Positions 1 through 13,035 of a DNA stretch of 64,000 nt are shown here, piece after piece (position 1 is the first letter of the stretch; every line of letters starts with the position of its first letter). This stretch comes from Mytilus edulis. Taxonomy: Eukaryota. The DNA lies in assembly GCF_963676685.1 (NCBI RefSeq), contig NC_092344.1, positions 18,476,001 to 18,540,000 on the forward strand, in the 5' to 3' direction. The position numbers and the translations under genes were made by a program. The notes below the pieces were generated by a model. The model was not told where the DNA came from. It saw nothing but the letters and a program-made list of their open reading frames with translations, and ran no database searches.

Positions 1-411
1 TTAGAGATGACATGACTTCCTTTTAATGATTGTTTATATTCAAGAATATTTCAAAGAAAAGCACATTTTTGACAGCATGTTGTTATATCAAGATAGAATT
101 ATTTGTGACTGTGTCACATTCAAGGTCAAATGTTAAGTATGACTTTAGACAGTGCCACTTACAAACTTGTGTGTTTGGGTGTGAATTTAGATGTTTAAGA
201 GCCTCTCAGTTGTTACATTCCAAATGACCTGTTTAATTTGATTGTAATTTCCTCTAATTCTAACCATCAGCTACCATTTTATGTTTACCCTTGTAAGCTT
301 GGTGTTTTGATAAGCTGAAAAGATATCTAAATTTCGTGTTCAGCAACAAAAAATTTAACATAGAAAACAGCTGTTGTAACAAAATTTTTTAAATCTTTGT
401 GTGTTTTGCAG

Positions 412-3400
412 TTGGAGGACAACCCACCTTGAATGTAGACTTCGAAATGAAGAATACCACCAAGTATAAAGGGGAAATTGTACGTCTTCGTTGTGAGATT
501 TCTGGAAACCCGCTTCCCAAGTACAGTTGGTTCAAAGACAGCATTGAAATTGGAGATAAAGAGGATCGATTCAATGTGAAATTGACGCCATGGGGTTCAA
601 GGTAACAAATTTATGTTTTTTCTTTCAACATTGTAATTTTGATTTTAAAAAAGATTTGGTAACTGCAGATGATTGTATTCTTTCAACATTGTATTTTTGA
701 TTTTTAAAAAGATTTGGAAACAGCAGTAGATAGTAACATGAGTGATTGAAAGTATAGTTTTAAAGTAAAGGTTAAGTTTACTGTTGATGATTTAAACAAA
801 GGAGCGATGCACGAACATAAAATAAACCATTTAGTGGATTAAGATAAATACAAAAACTGTTAAAATAAACTTTTGTTAAGAGTAAGAAAATAAACCAGAT
901 GTAATATCTTCTTCAGCCTATAGTTTTAAATTAGTCAAAGTAATATGGAGTTAATACAAGGATTATATGTTTAGACGAGGGATACCTATCATCTGGTCGC
1001 AAGGAGTTATAAATCTGTTCATGTTGGCAATATTTAACATCTTTTGTATGTAAAATAAGCAACCATGTTCATAGTTTACTTTTTAGGTGTGCAGAAATGT
1101 AAACAATTTTTCGCAAGATAGGTCTTTTCATACTTGTAATTTATTTATTCATGAACTACATGCCACTGTTCAAATGGATTCAAAGCAAGCAATAATAGAT
1201 AAAAAGCTCTTCTGAAAACTTCTAATCTTAAATGTTTATAAAAAGACAAAACTAAAAGTTACAAATAAAAATCATCAAAATAAGACATTGAAAAATAAAC
1301 AACTGTTTTACATAGTTTACATTATAAGTGCTCAGAACTGTAAACAATTTAATGACAAGATGGTGGCAACTGTTCTTGTACATTTCCTGCTTGTTGTTTT
1401 TTGTATTCTTGAACTTCATGCCACTGTACAGTGATGGTTTCAAAACAAATAATAATGGTAAATAGCTATCTGAAAACAAACAAAAACTTAGCTAGGATGC
1501 TGAATTATAGAGAACAGTCATACAAGTGAGAGGTTTAGCTAGCTATAAAACCAGGTTCAATCCACCATTTTCTACATTAGAAAATGCCTGTACCAAGTCA
1601 GGAATATGACAGTTGTTATCCATTCGTTTGATGTGTTTGGACTTTTGATTTTGCCTTTTGATTTTTGATTTTCCTTTTTGAATTTTCCTCGGAGTTCAGT
1701 ATTTTTGTGTTTTTACTTTTCATTAGCAACTTATGAATTAATTTTTTTTTCAGATTAAAGATAGAGAAATCAGTACCCCATGATAGTGGTTATTATATGT
1801 GTATAGCTGCTAACAGGGCTGGGGCCAAAAATGCTACAGCTTATCTACAGATCAAAAATGGTAGGTCAAAGGGGGACAACTGTTTTATAATTTAAGTAAA
1901 TCATAAAGTTCTAAGATTTGGATTTTTATCTCCCAAACACACTGTATATTAACAAGACAGTTTACTACATGTATTCAGTACTTTCACTTTTTTCTTCTTC
2001 AGTAACTAATTTGAATTCTAGTATTTGCAAGTTTTATCCTATTGCTTTACTATTATCAAAATTAATTGGTATTTAAGATTCAGAATGCAATTTAAATTTC
2101 CATTTACAGTGCCACCACCTGCCTAATTTTAAGGTGGAGCCGTACTAAATTATTTCTTTTATCTGTTTAAAAAGCATTAAATTAACCTTTAAAAAATATC
2201 TGAATATTTAATTGTTTTCACCTGCATTCAGCTGAAAGTGTCAGAATTAGCTGAACATTTGTTTAGCTATAATGATAATAAGTTGGCCATTATAGTTCAA
2301 AGGTTATGGAGTTTTTAAATTCTTTGATATCTCAACATGCTTTAAAAAAAATCATCTAGTCTTTATTTAGAATCTTTTAATGTATAGTTTTTTTTATCCT
2401 CAAGCCACCAAATTTTACCATATCATTGTATTTATTTCTAGTTTTTATTTCTTTTCAATTTTCTTAAAAAAATTTAATTTCATATCATTTCATTACAAAT
2501 TAATGATATAAAATTAATTTTAATTTTTACCTCCCTAATATTGTATTTCCACATTTTTTCCATAGAACATCCTCCCAAAAAGGATAACAAGGGTGGAGGA
2601 TCTAAGACTGATGTGGATTCATCATTCCCAGATCTAGGTGATGATACAGATAGGTAAGTTCAGATATAACGTGGAATATTCCTTCTCTGGAATTAAAAGG
2701 TTGTTTATTTTTACATTTGCATATGACAATTTACAATTTCATATGACAAATGTATTTTATGAGCTGAACAGTATATGGATTTATTTTAACACGTGGCTCG
2801 AACTCTTTAAATTTTTCTATTGATTTAGAAAATTATTTTATAAATTCTCTATAAATTTCATTTTGAATTAAAAGAAAGTATCAATAAAAATATTTTTTAC
2901 TTATTGTTTAAGTAAATGAAGTAGTTAAGAAAGAAAGTGTATAAACTAAAGAAGCCTAAACATCTGAAAAATGGTTTAACACTATGACCAAAAAACATGT
3001 ATTAAGTTGCATTTTAAGATGGAAAATTTTCTTTAAAGATTTTCTGGGAAGTATGATCCAGAAATATATAAAAAGTAAGTAATCATTTTAATGGATTGAG
3101 GATTATCATGGCTTCTATTTACATTTTTTAATCTTTTATTAATTTTTTTCCTGACCATTAGTGGGATTTGATACATAACTGGTATATATTTTTAATTGCT
3201 AATGTTTAATTCTAATTTATGAACATATTTTTTTTTCTTTCAAATTTCAAATAAAGAGTGGGTCAGTTAGCATTGCCCAATCTTTTTGAATAAGAACATA
3301 TTAAATTCTTTGTAAATAGAAGCACATATTTAATCCCAATTCTTAATTGTATCTATATATTGTCATCCTGCTTTTGGCTATTCTGCAGCAGTCATTCAGA

Positions 3401-6400
3401 TGTTTATATAGATTTTGATGGCTTGCACTTGCCTTTTGTTAATTATCTGTGTTTCCAATAAACTTCAGTAGCTTTCCACTTCTTTAACTAATCCTATGTA
3501 AAAGGTTTCATCTTGCAGTGACTATACCTGATATATAATGTTATTAAACCTGAATAATAACTATGATCCTTGCAGTGCATAGAGCATTAAGTGCACAAAA
3601 AGAAAAAAAGGAAATTACTTTGAAATTTAACAATACATTGCAAGATGAAAATATTACAATTCTATCCATTCTTAGCTCTAATGTGAATCAATATTTTCTA
3701 TTTGTAACAAAACAGTTAGCTTCAAGCTAATGTTCATTCATTTTTCTCAAGCTTTTCCTAATAATGCTTTGCATAAAAAATTTCATGTTCTTACTCTAAA
3801 TGTAACAACTAATAAGACTATTACACAAGAGATGTTGATCTTTACAATATGCAATTAACCCATGATACTATACAGTTAACCCTTAGGCCTTACACTATAC
3901 AGTTAAACGCTACATGAGCCAACCTTTACACTAAATAGTTAACATTTGCCCAATGGAGTTAACCTTTACACTATATAGTTAACCTTTACACCATACAGTT
4001 AACCTTTACACCATACAGTTAACCTTTACACTCAACATTTTCCCTTATACTAGTTAACCTTTATGCTATACAGTTAACCTTGACACTTTATAATTAACCC
4101 TTATACTTGTTAACCCCTACACTATACAGTTTACCTTTACCTTTAAACAATCAAATTAACCTTTACACTATAGTTAACCCTTACACTACTTAACCTTTAC
4201 ACTAGACAGTTATACAGATTGAAACTAATTATGTAGCATATACATGTCATAAATATGATATTTTATATTAAAAAAAAATACAGACGAGGACCCAAGACTT
4301 CAGACAATCAGTTGCACAAATTTGTAAATTGATAGAAATGCACCATTTCAAATCTTTTTTATTTATGAATATTTCAAATGTGTAAGTTCCTTAAATTTGA
4401 CATAATTTACTGAAATACATGTATGTTGTAAATTTGTGTGCTCATATTATTTTTAAAGCATGTTGTATTTTGTGGTATTTTTTTTTAGATTTTTTAGTTT
4501 GTGTATAAATGTGTAAAGGCAAATGCTTGCTGTTATTTGGTTTTTACATAAATTATAATTAGAATAAAAATGCATTTCAAAGAAAACATGTTTCTCATTT
4601 ATGGTAGGAAAAGACATATTTTAATGGAAAATTGTCAAATAAAGGTATAAAAAATGTGATGTAAAGATATAATATTTTTATTTTTTACAGTGAACAATTG
4701 CCTTTGACTAAAAAATTACATGTAAAATAGATGTACCAATCTGTTATGTGGACAGTATTAAAAAATTGTCAATACATTATATAAAAAAGCATCTATTTTT
4801 CTAGCTGTCAAAATGATTTTATTAATGATACAAAAAAGAAAGCTATCAGATTTTCTTTATACTAACTTTAATTTTACAGATTGAAAGAGGAAAGCAGTGG
4901 TAGTACTAAAGATGACAGCAATGGTTTCTGTCAACCATTTCGAGGAAACATGTGTGCCAGATTTATAGGCAATCAGACAATTTATGTCAATTCTGAGTAT
5001 GCTCAAGGTGTAAAGGAAGAAAAATTTATTGGTATGTATGAATTTTTAATGGCCTATTCAGCAATATTTCAAAAAAGTGTGTTTGAGGGCTTGCACCCTA
5101 GAGTTTCATTCGTTATTTTAATCAATTTATGCATGCTTTTCTGGGAAAAGTAGAGGTCTTAAACTAGGAATCTCCCACCATGGTTCATCCCTTATTCATA
5201 TAATTTTGTAAACAACACTTATTTATGTTCTCCACTTTGATCAATGAAATATATGTTCCGTATTTCATTTTGAAAATTTGTAGTTTAACTACATACAAAT
5301 TTTATTGTGGACAAGGACTGATCAGAAATAGAAATTGCAGATTTTTTATTCCTCAAGTGTAATAGTATTTGACAAACATTTGAATTTAATCAAGGGACAT
5401 AACCTACAATACTATGTTCCACCAAAGACAGAAAGAGTTTCTTTATCTCAGTTAAGATTAAATGTAAGAAGCAAGTGCTCTAAAATACAGACAAATGAAG
5501 CAAGATTAATTTTACCATTAATTGGCTTAATTTTTATATCTATAGATGGATCACTTAGATAAAACGACAGTGTCAATTAAGTAAAATTTTAAGATTTCCC
5601 TGATTTGGGTTTTGGTCATGCAATGGGAAATTGGCCTATTTCCTTTTTTTCCTGCTTCATAATTTATCTAAGATACCAATCATCTTTTACATATTTAGAA
5701 ACTTTTTAGCTAATACTGTCATAATAGAATGATCAAAAGAATTTGTGTGAAAAGGGACATAATCCAGAAAATGTACCATGTAAGTAAAATATTCTTTAAT
5801 TGCTATCTTTGTAGCTGCTTTTACTGTGATTGCTGCCTCCAGTGATATGTCAGCAGAATGTCAGAAGTATGCCATAGAGTTTCTATGTTTCTACACCTTC
5901 CCTTTATGTGATCGTCAACATATCAACCCTACTCCTCGTAAAGTCTGCAGAGACGAGTGTGAAATGCTCGAGGGCACTATCTGTAAAAAGGAATATGTCA
6001 TTGGTAGACATCATCCAATGATAGGTAAGTTTGATGTTTCATTGGTTGATATCTAATTAATGGAATATGTCATTGGTAGACATCATCCAATGATAGGTAA
6101 TATTGATGTTTCATTGGTTGATATCTAATAAATGGAATATGTCATTGGTCGACATCATCCAATGATAGGTAAGTTTGATGTTTCAAAGGTTGATATCTAT
6201 TTTAAATGAAATATGATTTAAAAGTTGCTCTATGTACCGGTAATATGATTTCAATGTTAATGCCTGTTGCTTCTAATGTTTGTCCTATATACTTGTACCA
6301 CTGATATTTGGTAAATAGTGGACACTTCTTTTGATGTTCAAGTAGATAAAATACATTTTAAAATTTTGCAAATGACTTCAAACAGAATTCAAACTGTTAC

Positions 6401-9400
6401 AGTTGTAGTTATAAGGTGCAGTTTCCTGGACAGTGAAGGATTTAGATACCAAAGATCCTGAAAATAATATATATAATTGAAAACAGGGGTTGTGGTGTAT
6501 CAAGTCACCAAACAAAATCCCTACAGGCATTGGACAAAATTAAAAACAATAGAAAAACTTTATTTGCTGTTCTTCATCTTAAAGTCTTAATGAGACATAA
6601 AAAAAATGCAAAAGCACATGCATTGAACACAACTCAGAACTAGTAGCACTATTTTTATAATTTAAGTACTCTTTTTTTTAAGGGGAAGGATTCCTTCCTA
6701 AGTGCTATGACTTACCACCTAGAGGTACCCCAGAGGGAGATAAATGTAAAGGTATTAATGTACCCATTGATCCTACACAACGACCAGAAGGTAAAATTAT
6801 CTTTATGATTTACAGAAATTGAGAAATTACAAAGTCAAGCATATCCATTCAAAGATTCCTTTGTTAATTATAGAAGCTATTCAGATTGTACTGAAAGGTT
6901 TTAAAAAAAAGCTAGTTGTTGAAACCTAAATCGGTTGATTTATGTTATTTGTAAAGTACATTGTACTATTGATAATTTGAAGAACACTTAAACTAATGCA
7001 TTATAAACAATATACGGAAATTGTCATTAATAACACCACTAAAAGTTAGGTAATAGTACAATGAAAAAGCTTTATGAAATATTGGCAAATTAAAGGAGAA
7101 AACTTGTTTTATAACTTTTTATTTTTTTTAATTCTGGCTACATCTGTTAAAAGTTTCCATTCAATCAGAATTAAAATGGTAGACAATAATATCCCTAGTC
7201 AGACACTATACTTAGTGGTTATATTTTATTTTCAAACTTCTGTAATATATTATTTACAAAAGGGATTTGTAACATGATTTTATACTTTCTTTGATATCAA
7301 CACATTGTGTACATTTCAATGCTTATTTACTGATTGCTTGCTTTTTAGTTCACACATGTTATGGTGGTAATGGCATGAAGTACAAAGGATCTATCAATCA
7401 CAGTCGGTCTGGAAGGCCATGTATGAACTGGAAAAATAATCCACATTTTAAAGGCAGTGAATATCCTGATCTAGGTTAGTGATTGATAAAGAAATAAGAA
7501 AACAAACATCTATTTGTCAAATATGTTTTTTTTTTAAAAGATGAGCATCATTTTTGAATTTAACGATGACTACCAAAGCTCTGTATTGAGCAAATGTTTC
7601 TCCTGCAACTTTTGTTAGACAACTGTAAGCCTTTTAGGCATTTCGCTTCTCAGTTTCAAAATAATTATCTTTTCAAAACACTAGTTTATATTGATAAGGG
7701 ATAAATAAAGGAATCCAAAGAGCAAAAAAAATATATATCACTGTGCTTGTTTTCGAGATATTATTAGCCATTGAAATTTAGCGGGAAACTATTCTCTCTT
7801 GACTTTTCATAGCTTTATCATTGACAAGTTTAAGATCTAAAAAAACTATTAAAAAATAATTAAAAATTTTACAGATGGCTTATCATTATATATGTAAAGG
7901 ATTTACTAAAAGAAAAATGGGGGTCACTGGGCAAATTTTTTCAAGGCATTGAAATAGATGAAACCAGAGGATTCTGAAAATCTGACAAAAAATTCAAAAC
8001 ATGACAAGCCAGCTTCCTTAAGTTTGCATATGATTAAAAAATGAAAGGTTTTGTCAAATTTCAATGATACTTTCACCAAACAACATTCTAGGCGAAAGCA
8101 TGGAAAGGGTGGCATACATGATAGACAAACATCTTTATCATATGTTTATCCCTTTATCACTGTAAAAATGAGACATTAAAATCTAAATTGACAAAAAAAA
8201 GTACAGACATTAGCTTTAACTTGGGACAGACACATTAATTTATGTCTGAGTTATAAAGTTTTTGTGAGTTCAATCTTCATTTATCTGTATATTGATAAGT
8301 TAAGATCATTTCTGTTCCATTTATGATCGATATATCATACAGTGAAGCAAAACAAAGATTTTCTGTGCCCTGATAACAGGATTGCGTAACATATTTAATG
8401 ACTTTAAAATATCTTCATAGCTTGTTTGAATCATGTAAATGATTTTTTTCAAATCACACAAAAACTGGGAACTTTTTGTATTTGCATCAATAGAAAATAT
8501 AAATATGCTCATCTATTTTCATCCTTTTTTTGCTCTCATTTCAAAAAACATATGACATATGAATATTTAAAATATTTTGGTCTGATTCTTGTGACTTATT
8601 TTTATGCCCTATTTATGGACATTATTATGCCCCATTTATGGGCATTATTATGCCCCATTTCTGGGCATTATGTTTTCTGGTCTGTGCGTCCGTCCGTTCA
8701 TTCGTACGTCTGTTTGTCTGTCTGTTCATCCGTCTGTCCCTCTTCAGGTTAAAGTTTTTGGTCGAGGTAGTTTTTGATGAAGTTGAAGTCCAATCAACTT
8801 GAAACTTAGTATACATGTTCCCTATGATATGATCTTTCTAATTTTAATGCCAAATTAGAGATTTCACCAATTTTTATGGTCCACTGAACATAGAAAGTGA
8901 TAGTGCGGACGGGGCATCAGTGTACTGGGACACATTCTTGTTTATAAATGACACAAACTTAGAACTTCTTGTATTGTATAGAAAAATATGAGACTCTCAG
9001 CTTTGTTTGGATAAAAACTAAATATTTCATCCTCTCTTTATGCCCTGTCTTTGATACTTTTCTGGTCTTTGCATCTATCCAACCTATATCGGGTGCAAGA
9101 TCTGGCTTCAGGTAGTTTGTGGTTAGTTACATCAACTTAATACTTAGTACACATTTTCATTATGGAGTGACCAAATTAGGGTTTTGACCGAGATAGCACA
9201 GAGAAGTGAACATAGAAATGAGATTGTGGGAGCGGGGCATGGTGTAACATATGGGGTCAAAGGAAACATGTTCTTGTTCTTTTTATTAAGAATAATATTT
9301 AATATTATTATTTAAAAATGTTTTGTAGGAAACCATCATCTGTGTAGAAACCCGAATGGTACATATACAGGACCATGGTGCTATACTGATCCTTCATATC

Positions 9401-12066
9401 ATCATACAGAATTATGTGATATCCCTAAATGTGGTATGTATTTTTATGCCCCCAGTGTAGCTGAGGAGGTATTAAGTTTTACCCTTATCTGTCTGTTTGT
9501 CCATCAATACGTCAGGATTGGTTTCCATTCTCTAACTTAAGTTTGCCTCAACCAAATATTATGAAACTTATACATAATGTTTATTACCAAAAAACTCCAT
9601 ATCAAGTACAAAATTTGGATAGCATCACTTTTACAGGTCTTGAGTTATGTCCCTTTATAACATTACATGCAAGAGTATCATCTGTACCTCATTTATTTTA
9701 AAATAAAAAAAGTTAAAGTTTAATTTATACTTTAAAAGTTTATGGCAGGGATCATCTTGATCATTGTTCAAGACAGTCAACTATCAAGATGAATTGCTGC
9801 AATAGAAACTCTGTACTGGTTATATGTTAGTATTTCATATTGTATTCCAGATTTTTTAGATTTTATATCAAGTGGTTATCTCCCCTTGATATTGTTGGTT
9901 TTTGCTGTTTTACAATGATGAAATTAATGTGCTATCACTGAAACAATCTCCAAATTAACAGTCCTTTCCTGTAGAATAACAGACCTTTTCAGCAGCAAAT
10001 ACATAATAAATATGACTCGCATTCATAAATCCATTTTTCTTACAACAAACTTTTAATATCATCAATGTATGTATTATACTTGCCAAAGAGAAAAGATAAT
10101 AGAAATGTTTGCCTTCATTATTATTGCAATTGTTGAAAAAAAATTGAGCTGAAATTAAAATGTGAGATAGGTGATAGCGATTTAAAAAAATGCAGTATTG
10201 AAAATATCCTATCAAAATACAAAAGTGAGTTATTTTTGTGACTCCTTTCTTGTAACTTTTGAATAAATGATGAAGTAAAAAAAACCTTGCAAAAATTTCT
10301 GAATTAACAGTAATAAATTTGAAAAAAACATTTTATATCTTGATAGATAACAGCATGTTATATTTCAATCAACCATATTTTTTTTTCACTCCTTTTCAGT
10401 TGGTGCTGGTCCCGGTCAAGGAGCTATTGGAGCAGAACCAGTGAACAAATTAATGTATTTAGTACCAGGAATAATTGTACCACTAGCTTTGATAATCTTA
10501 CTTGCCATTGCATGTTTGTGTCAGAGACATAAAAAACAAAAAGATGCTGGTGTCAAAACTAAAGTTGACCAGCCGGCCACTAACATGGAAACTGTTCCAC
10601 TGAAGTCAGCCATGAACGTAAGAGACTTTCCGATATCTTCTATCCGGTTCCTACAGGAATTAGGTGAAGGTCAGTTTGGGAAAGTGTTTAAAGGAGAAGT
10701 GCTTGGTCTCTATGGTGATAATATGATTTCTAAAGTAGCCATTAAAACTTTGAAGGAGAATTCTTTACCCAAAGTTAAGAACGATTTCCGTCGTGAAGTT
10801 GACCTGATGTCTGAACTTAGACATGGAAACATTGTGTGTTTACTTGGTGTTTGTATGAAACAAGAACCTATGTGTATGTTATTTGAATACATGCAACTAG
10901 GTGACTTGCATGAATACCTTGTTACTCATTCACCTAATTCAGATGTTGGGTTATCCAATGAATCGGAAGGTTTAAAACATGCGTTAGAATACGGTGACTT
11001 ATTACACATTGCTACACAAATCGTTGCTGGCATGGAATACTTGTCAAGCCATCATTATGTACACAGAGACTTAGCCGCCAGAAATATACTTGTTGGTGAC
11101 AATATGTGTGTTAAAATCTCAGATTTTGGTCTATCTAGAGATATATATTCACAAGACTATTACAGAGTTCAAAGTAAATCCATACTTCCTGTAAGATGGA
11201 TGCCACCGGAGGCCATTTTGTACGGAAAATTCACCACAGAAACAGATATCTGGTCTTTTGGTGTTGTCATGTGGGAAATATTCAGCTTCGGTTTACAGCC
11301 ATACTATGGTTATTCTAATCCAGAAGTTATTGAAGTTGTAAGAGCTCGGCAAATCTTGCCTTCACCAGAGGAGTGTCCAACAAGAGTATATGGTCTTATG
11401 GTTGAATGTTGGCATGAAGTACCCAACAGGAGACCCACTTTTAGAGAAATACATGCACGTCTTCGAGCATGGAAGACGGAAGTATTAATGTTAAATCCCC
11501 ACTGGAGCTTAAGTCAGAGTCATTCAGCACATTCAGGCAGTACACATCAGAGTTCTCAAAGTGGACCTAGCCATCATAGTAGCACTGGTCCAAGTAATAC
11601 AACAGCACTGACTGGGCTGACAGGAAGTAGTGGCGGATCAGACCCATCATCAACAATGTCACATCCAGGAATGATAGGCCATCCGGGAATGGTCCATCCA
11701 GGAATGGGCCAACCCCCACCAAATTACCAGGATTCAACACGTGTTCATTATTATCCTAACTTAGGTCCGCAACAAATGCAACAGTACCCTGGTCAAGGTC
11801 CTATATTAATGCAAAGAGGACCTCCACCCAATCAGATGCCTAACCATAATGGACCTTCAAAATTATCGCCAGCTGGCTCAATAGCTAGTAGTAAACAATC
11901 ATCTAGTAGTGGTGCTTCATCCAATTATAAACCTAATGTCTCAAACTGTAATACTTTAACTGGACCAGCTACAATAGACGTGTCTGAGTGTCAAAAGTTT
12001 TCAAATTTAATGTCACAGAATAGTTACATTCCAGAACAAAGGACGGTAGATTATAACGAGTGTTAG
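412..12066 (+). CDS. ROR: ROR family receptor tyrosine kinase (Ig - Frizzled CRD - kringle - TM - kinase - Ser/Thr/Pro-rich tail), 5' partial
   Basis: Phase-consistent GT-AG exons: 412-601, 1754-1860, 2566-2653, 4880-5031, 5815-6024, 6683-6790, 7349-7474, 9329-9433, 10400-12066. Domains seen: Ig ([17 protein letters not shown]...DSGYYMC), CRD ([16 protein letters not shown]...CFYTFPLC...[10 protein letters not shown]), kringle ([11 protein letters not shown]...CRNPNG..GPWCYT...CDIPKC), TM ([17 protein letters not shown]), kinase ([27 protein letters not shown]). Signal-peptide exon(s) lie upstream of the window. Confidence 0.96.
1520..1722 (+). mobile_element. Fragment of a dispersed SINE-like repeat (cctgtaccaagtcagga family)
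   Basis: Shares the cc(c/a)aagtcagga core with 26870-26950 and, inverted, ~63735-63780. Confidence 0.5.
3850..4215. repeat. Degenerate ~20-bp minisatellite (tacagttaacctttacacta) in a ROR intron
   Basis: Many tandem, partly diverged copies of gttaacctttacac. Confidence 0.85.
5990..6200 (+). repeat. Three tandem ~72-bp copies spanning a ROR exon end and its splice donor
   Basis: ggaatatgtcattggtagacatcatccaatgatag|gtaa...ttgatatcta repeated at ~5990, ~6062 and ~6134. Confidence 0.9.
8599..8943 (+). mobile_element. Non-autonomous Helentron-type element (HINE / bivalve pearl-like), family A
   Basis: T-rich ends, 5' short palindrome (tgccccatttatgggca, here triplicated), (GTCY)n-like microsatellite tract, conserved body. 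Related copies at 9037-9278 (+, degenerate), 25782-26079 (-) and 54553-54836 (-). Confidence 0.75.
9441..9690 (+). mobile_element. Helentron-type non-autonomous element, family B
   Basis: Starts tttttatgcccc, has a tctgtctg tract and the body tttgcctcaaccaaat. An inverted relative with duplicated core lies at ~50490-51452. Confidence 0.6.
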
Positions 12067-12850
12067 TGATTAGTTATCTCCCCTTGCCAATCAAAAATAA
12101 TGTTAACTATTACAGACCGGTGTATTAGAGCTCCTTTAACAAACCAGGTCTCAGATGTGCTTTGCATGTAGGAACCGACTTCTCATCTCGTACCTCATTA
12201 GTCACATGACATAGTCACATGACATAGTCACATGACATAAAACAAAGTTTATTAATTCATGTAGGGAATATTGAGATGTCAAATTTGTTAAAAACTTTGG
12301 AATAAAGAAGAAAAGTTTAAGACTGTGGTGATTTGAAAATTAGGCATAAAGGGAAGTAACTGTTTGAAATGTTATTTGTTTGTCTGTGCTTGGCAGCCTC
12401 TAAATTGTCACATTAAAGTGCTTATTTGTGTTGATTGTTATATTTGTTTGTTTTAATTTTACAAAATCACTACCAGTTTTGGCTTTGTTTGGAATTTTTG
12501 TTTTTGATTATTACTGTATAAAAATGTTATCGTTTATAGGTATTCAACTTTTACCATAATTTGATTTCCACTTTTCGGCATTTCTGGCAGGAAAAATTGT
12601 TGGAAAATAGAATACATAGGTTTCAAGAAAAATCGTTTTTGATTTAAAAATTCAGTTAGATTTGAAGGTGCTAAACCATCTTAAAGATGGGATATATTCA
12701 TTTTTTTTTTTGCAATATATTACATCATGATTCCATTGTTGCTGGTTTTTTGAATATTATATATATATATAAGTAGATGACAGTATTGTTTTGCATTGCA
12801 TAATATATCAGTATAAGTTTACAGTAGATACAGCATTTTACCATCATTTA

Positions 12851-13035
12851 CTGTAAAATGGGATATTTTTCGTGAGTTTATTTTTCGCTAAAATCATCAT
12901 TGAGGTTGAATTACAAAACTATTCACACTATACAAATTAATCTTTTAGGAAGATGAGAAATACTCGAAAATAAAGCCTCAAATTCAGGTTCTAGCCTGAA
13001 AATTTTAACTCCACGAAAAAATTACCAATTTACAG
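12851..13035. mobile_element. Tc1/mariner-type MITE in the ROR 3' UTR
   Basis: TA|CTGTAAA...TTTACAG|TA termini (TA target-site duplication) with imperfect inverted arms. Confidence 0.6.

Noticed and set aside
620-1480. Small intronic direct duplications (~58 bp at 620-730; ~70 bp at ~1150 and ~1410)
   Set aside because: Ordinary local duplications with no sign of function.
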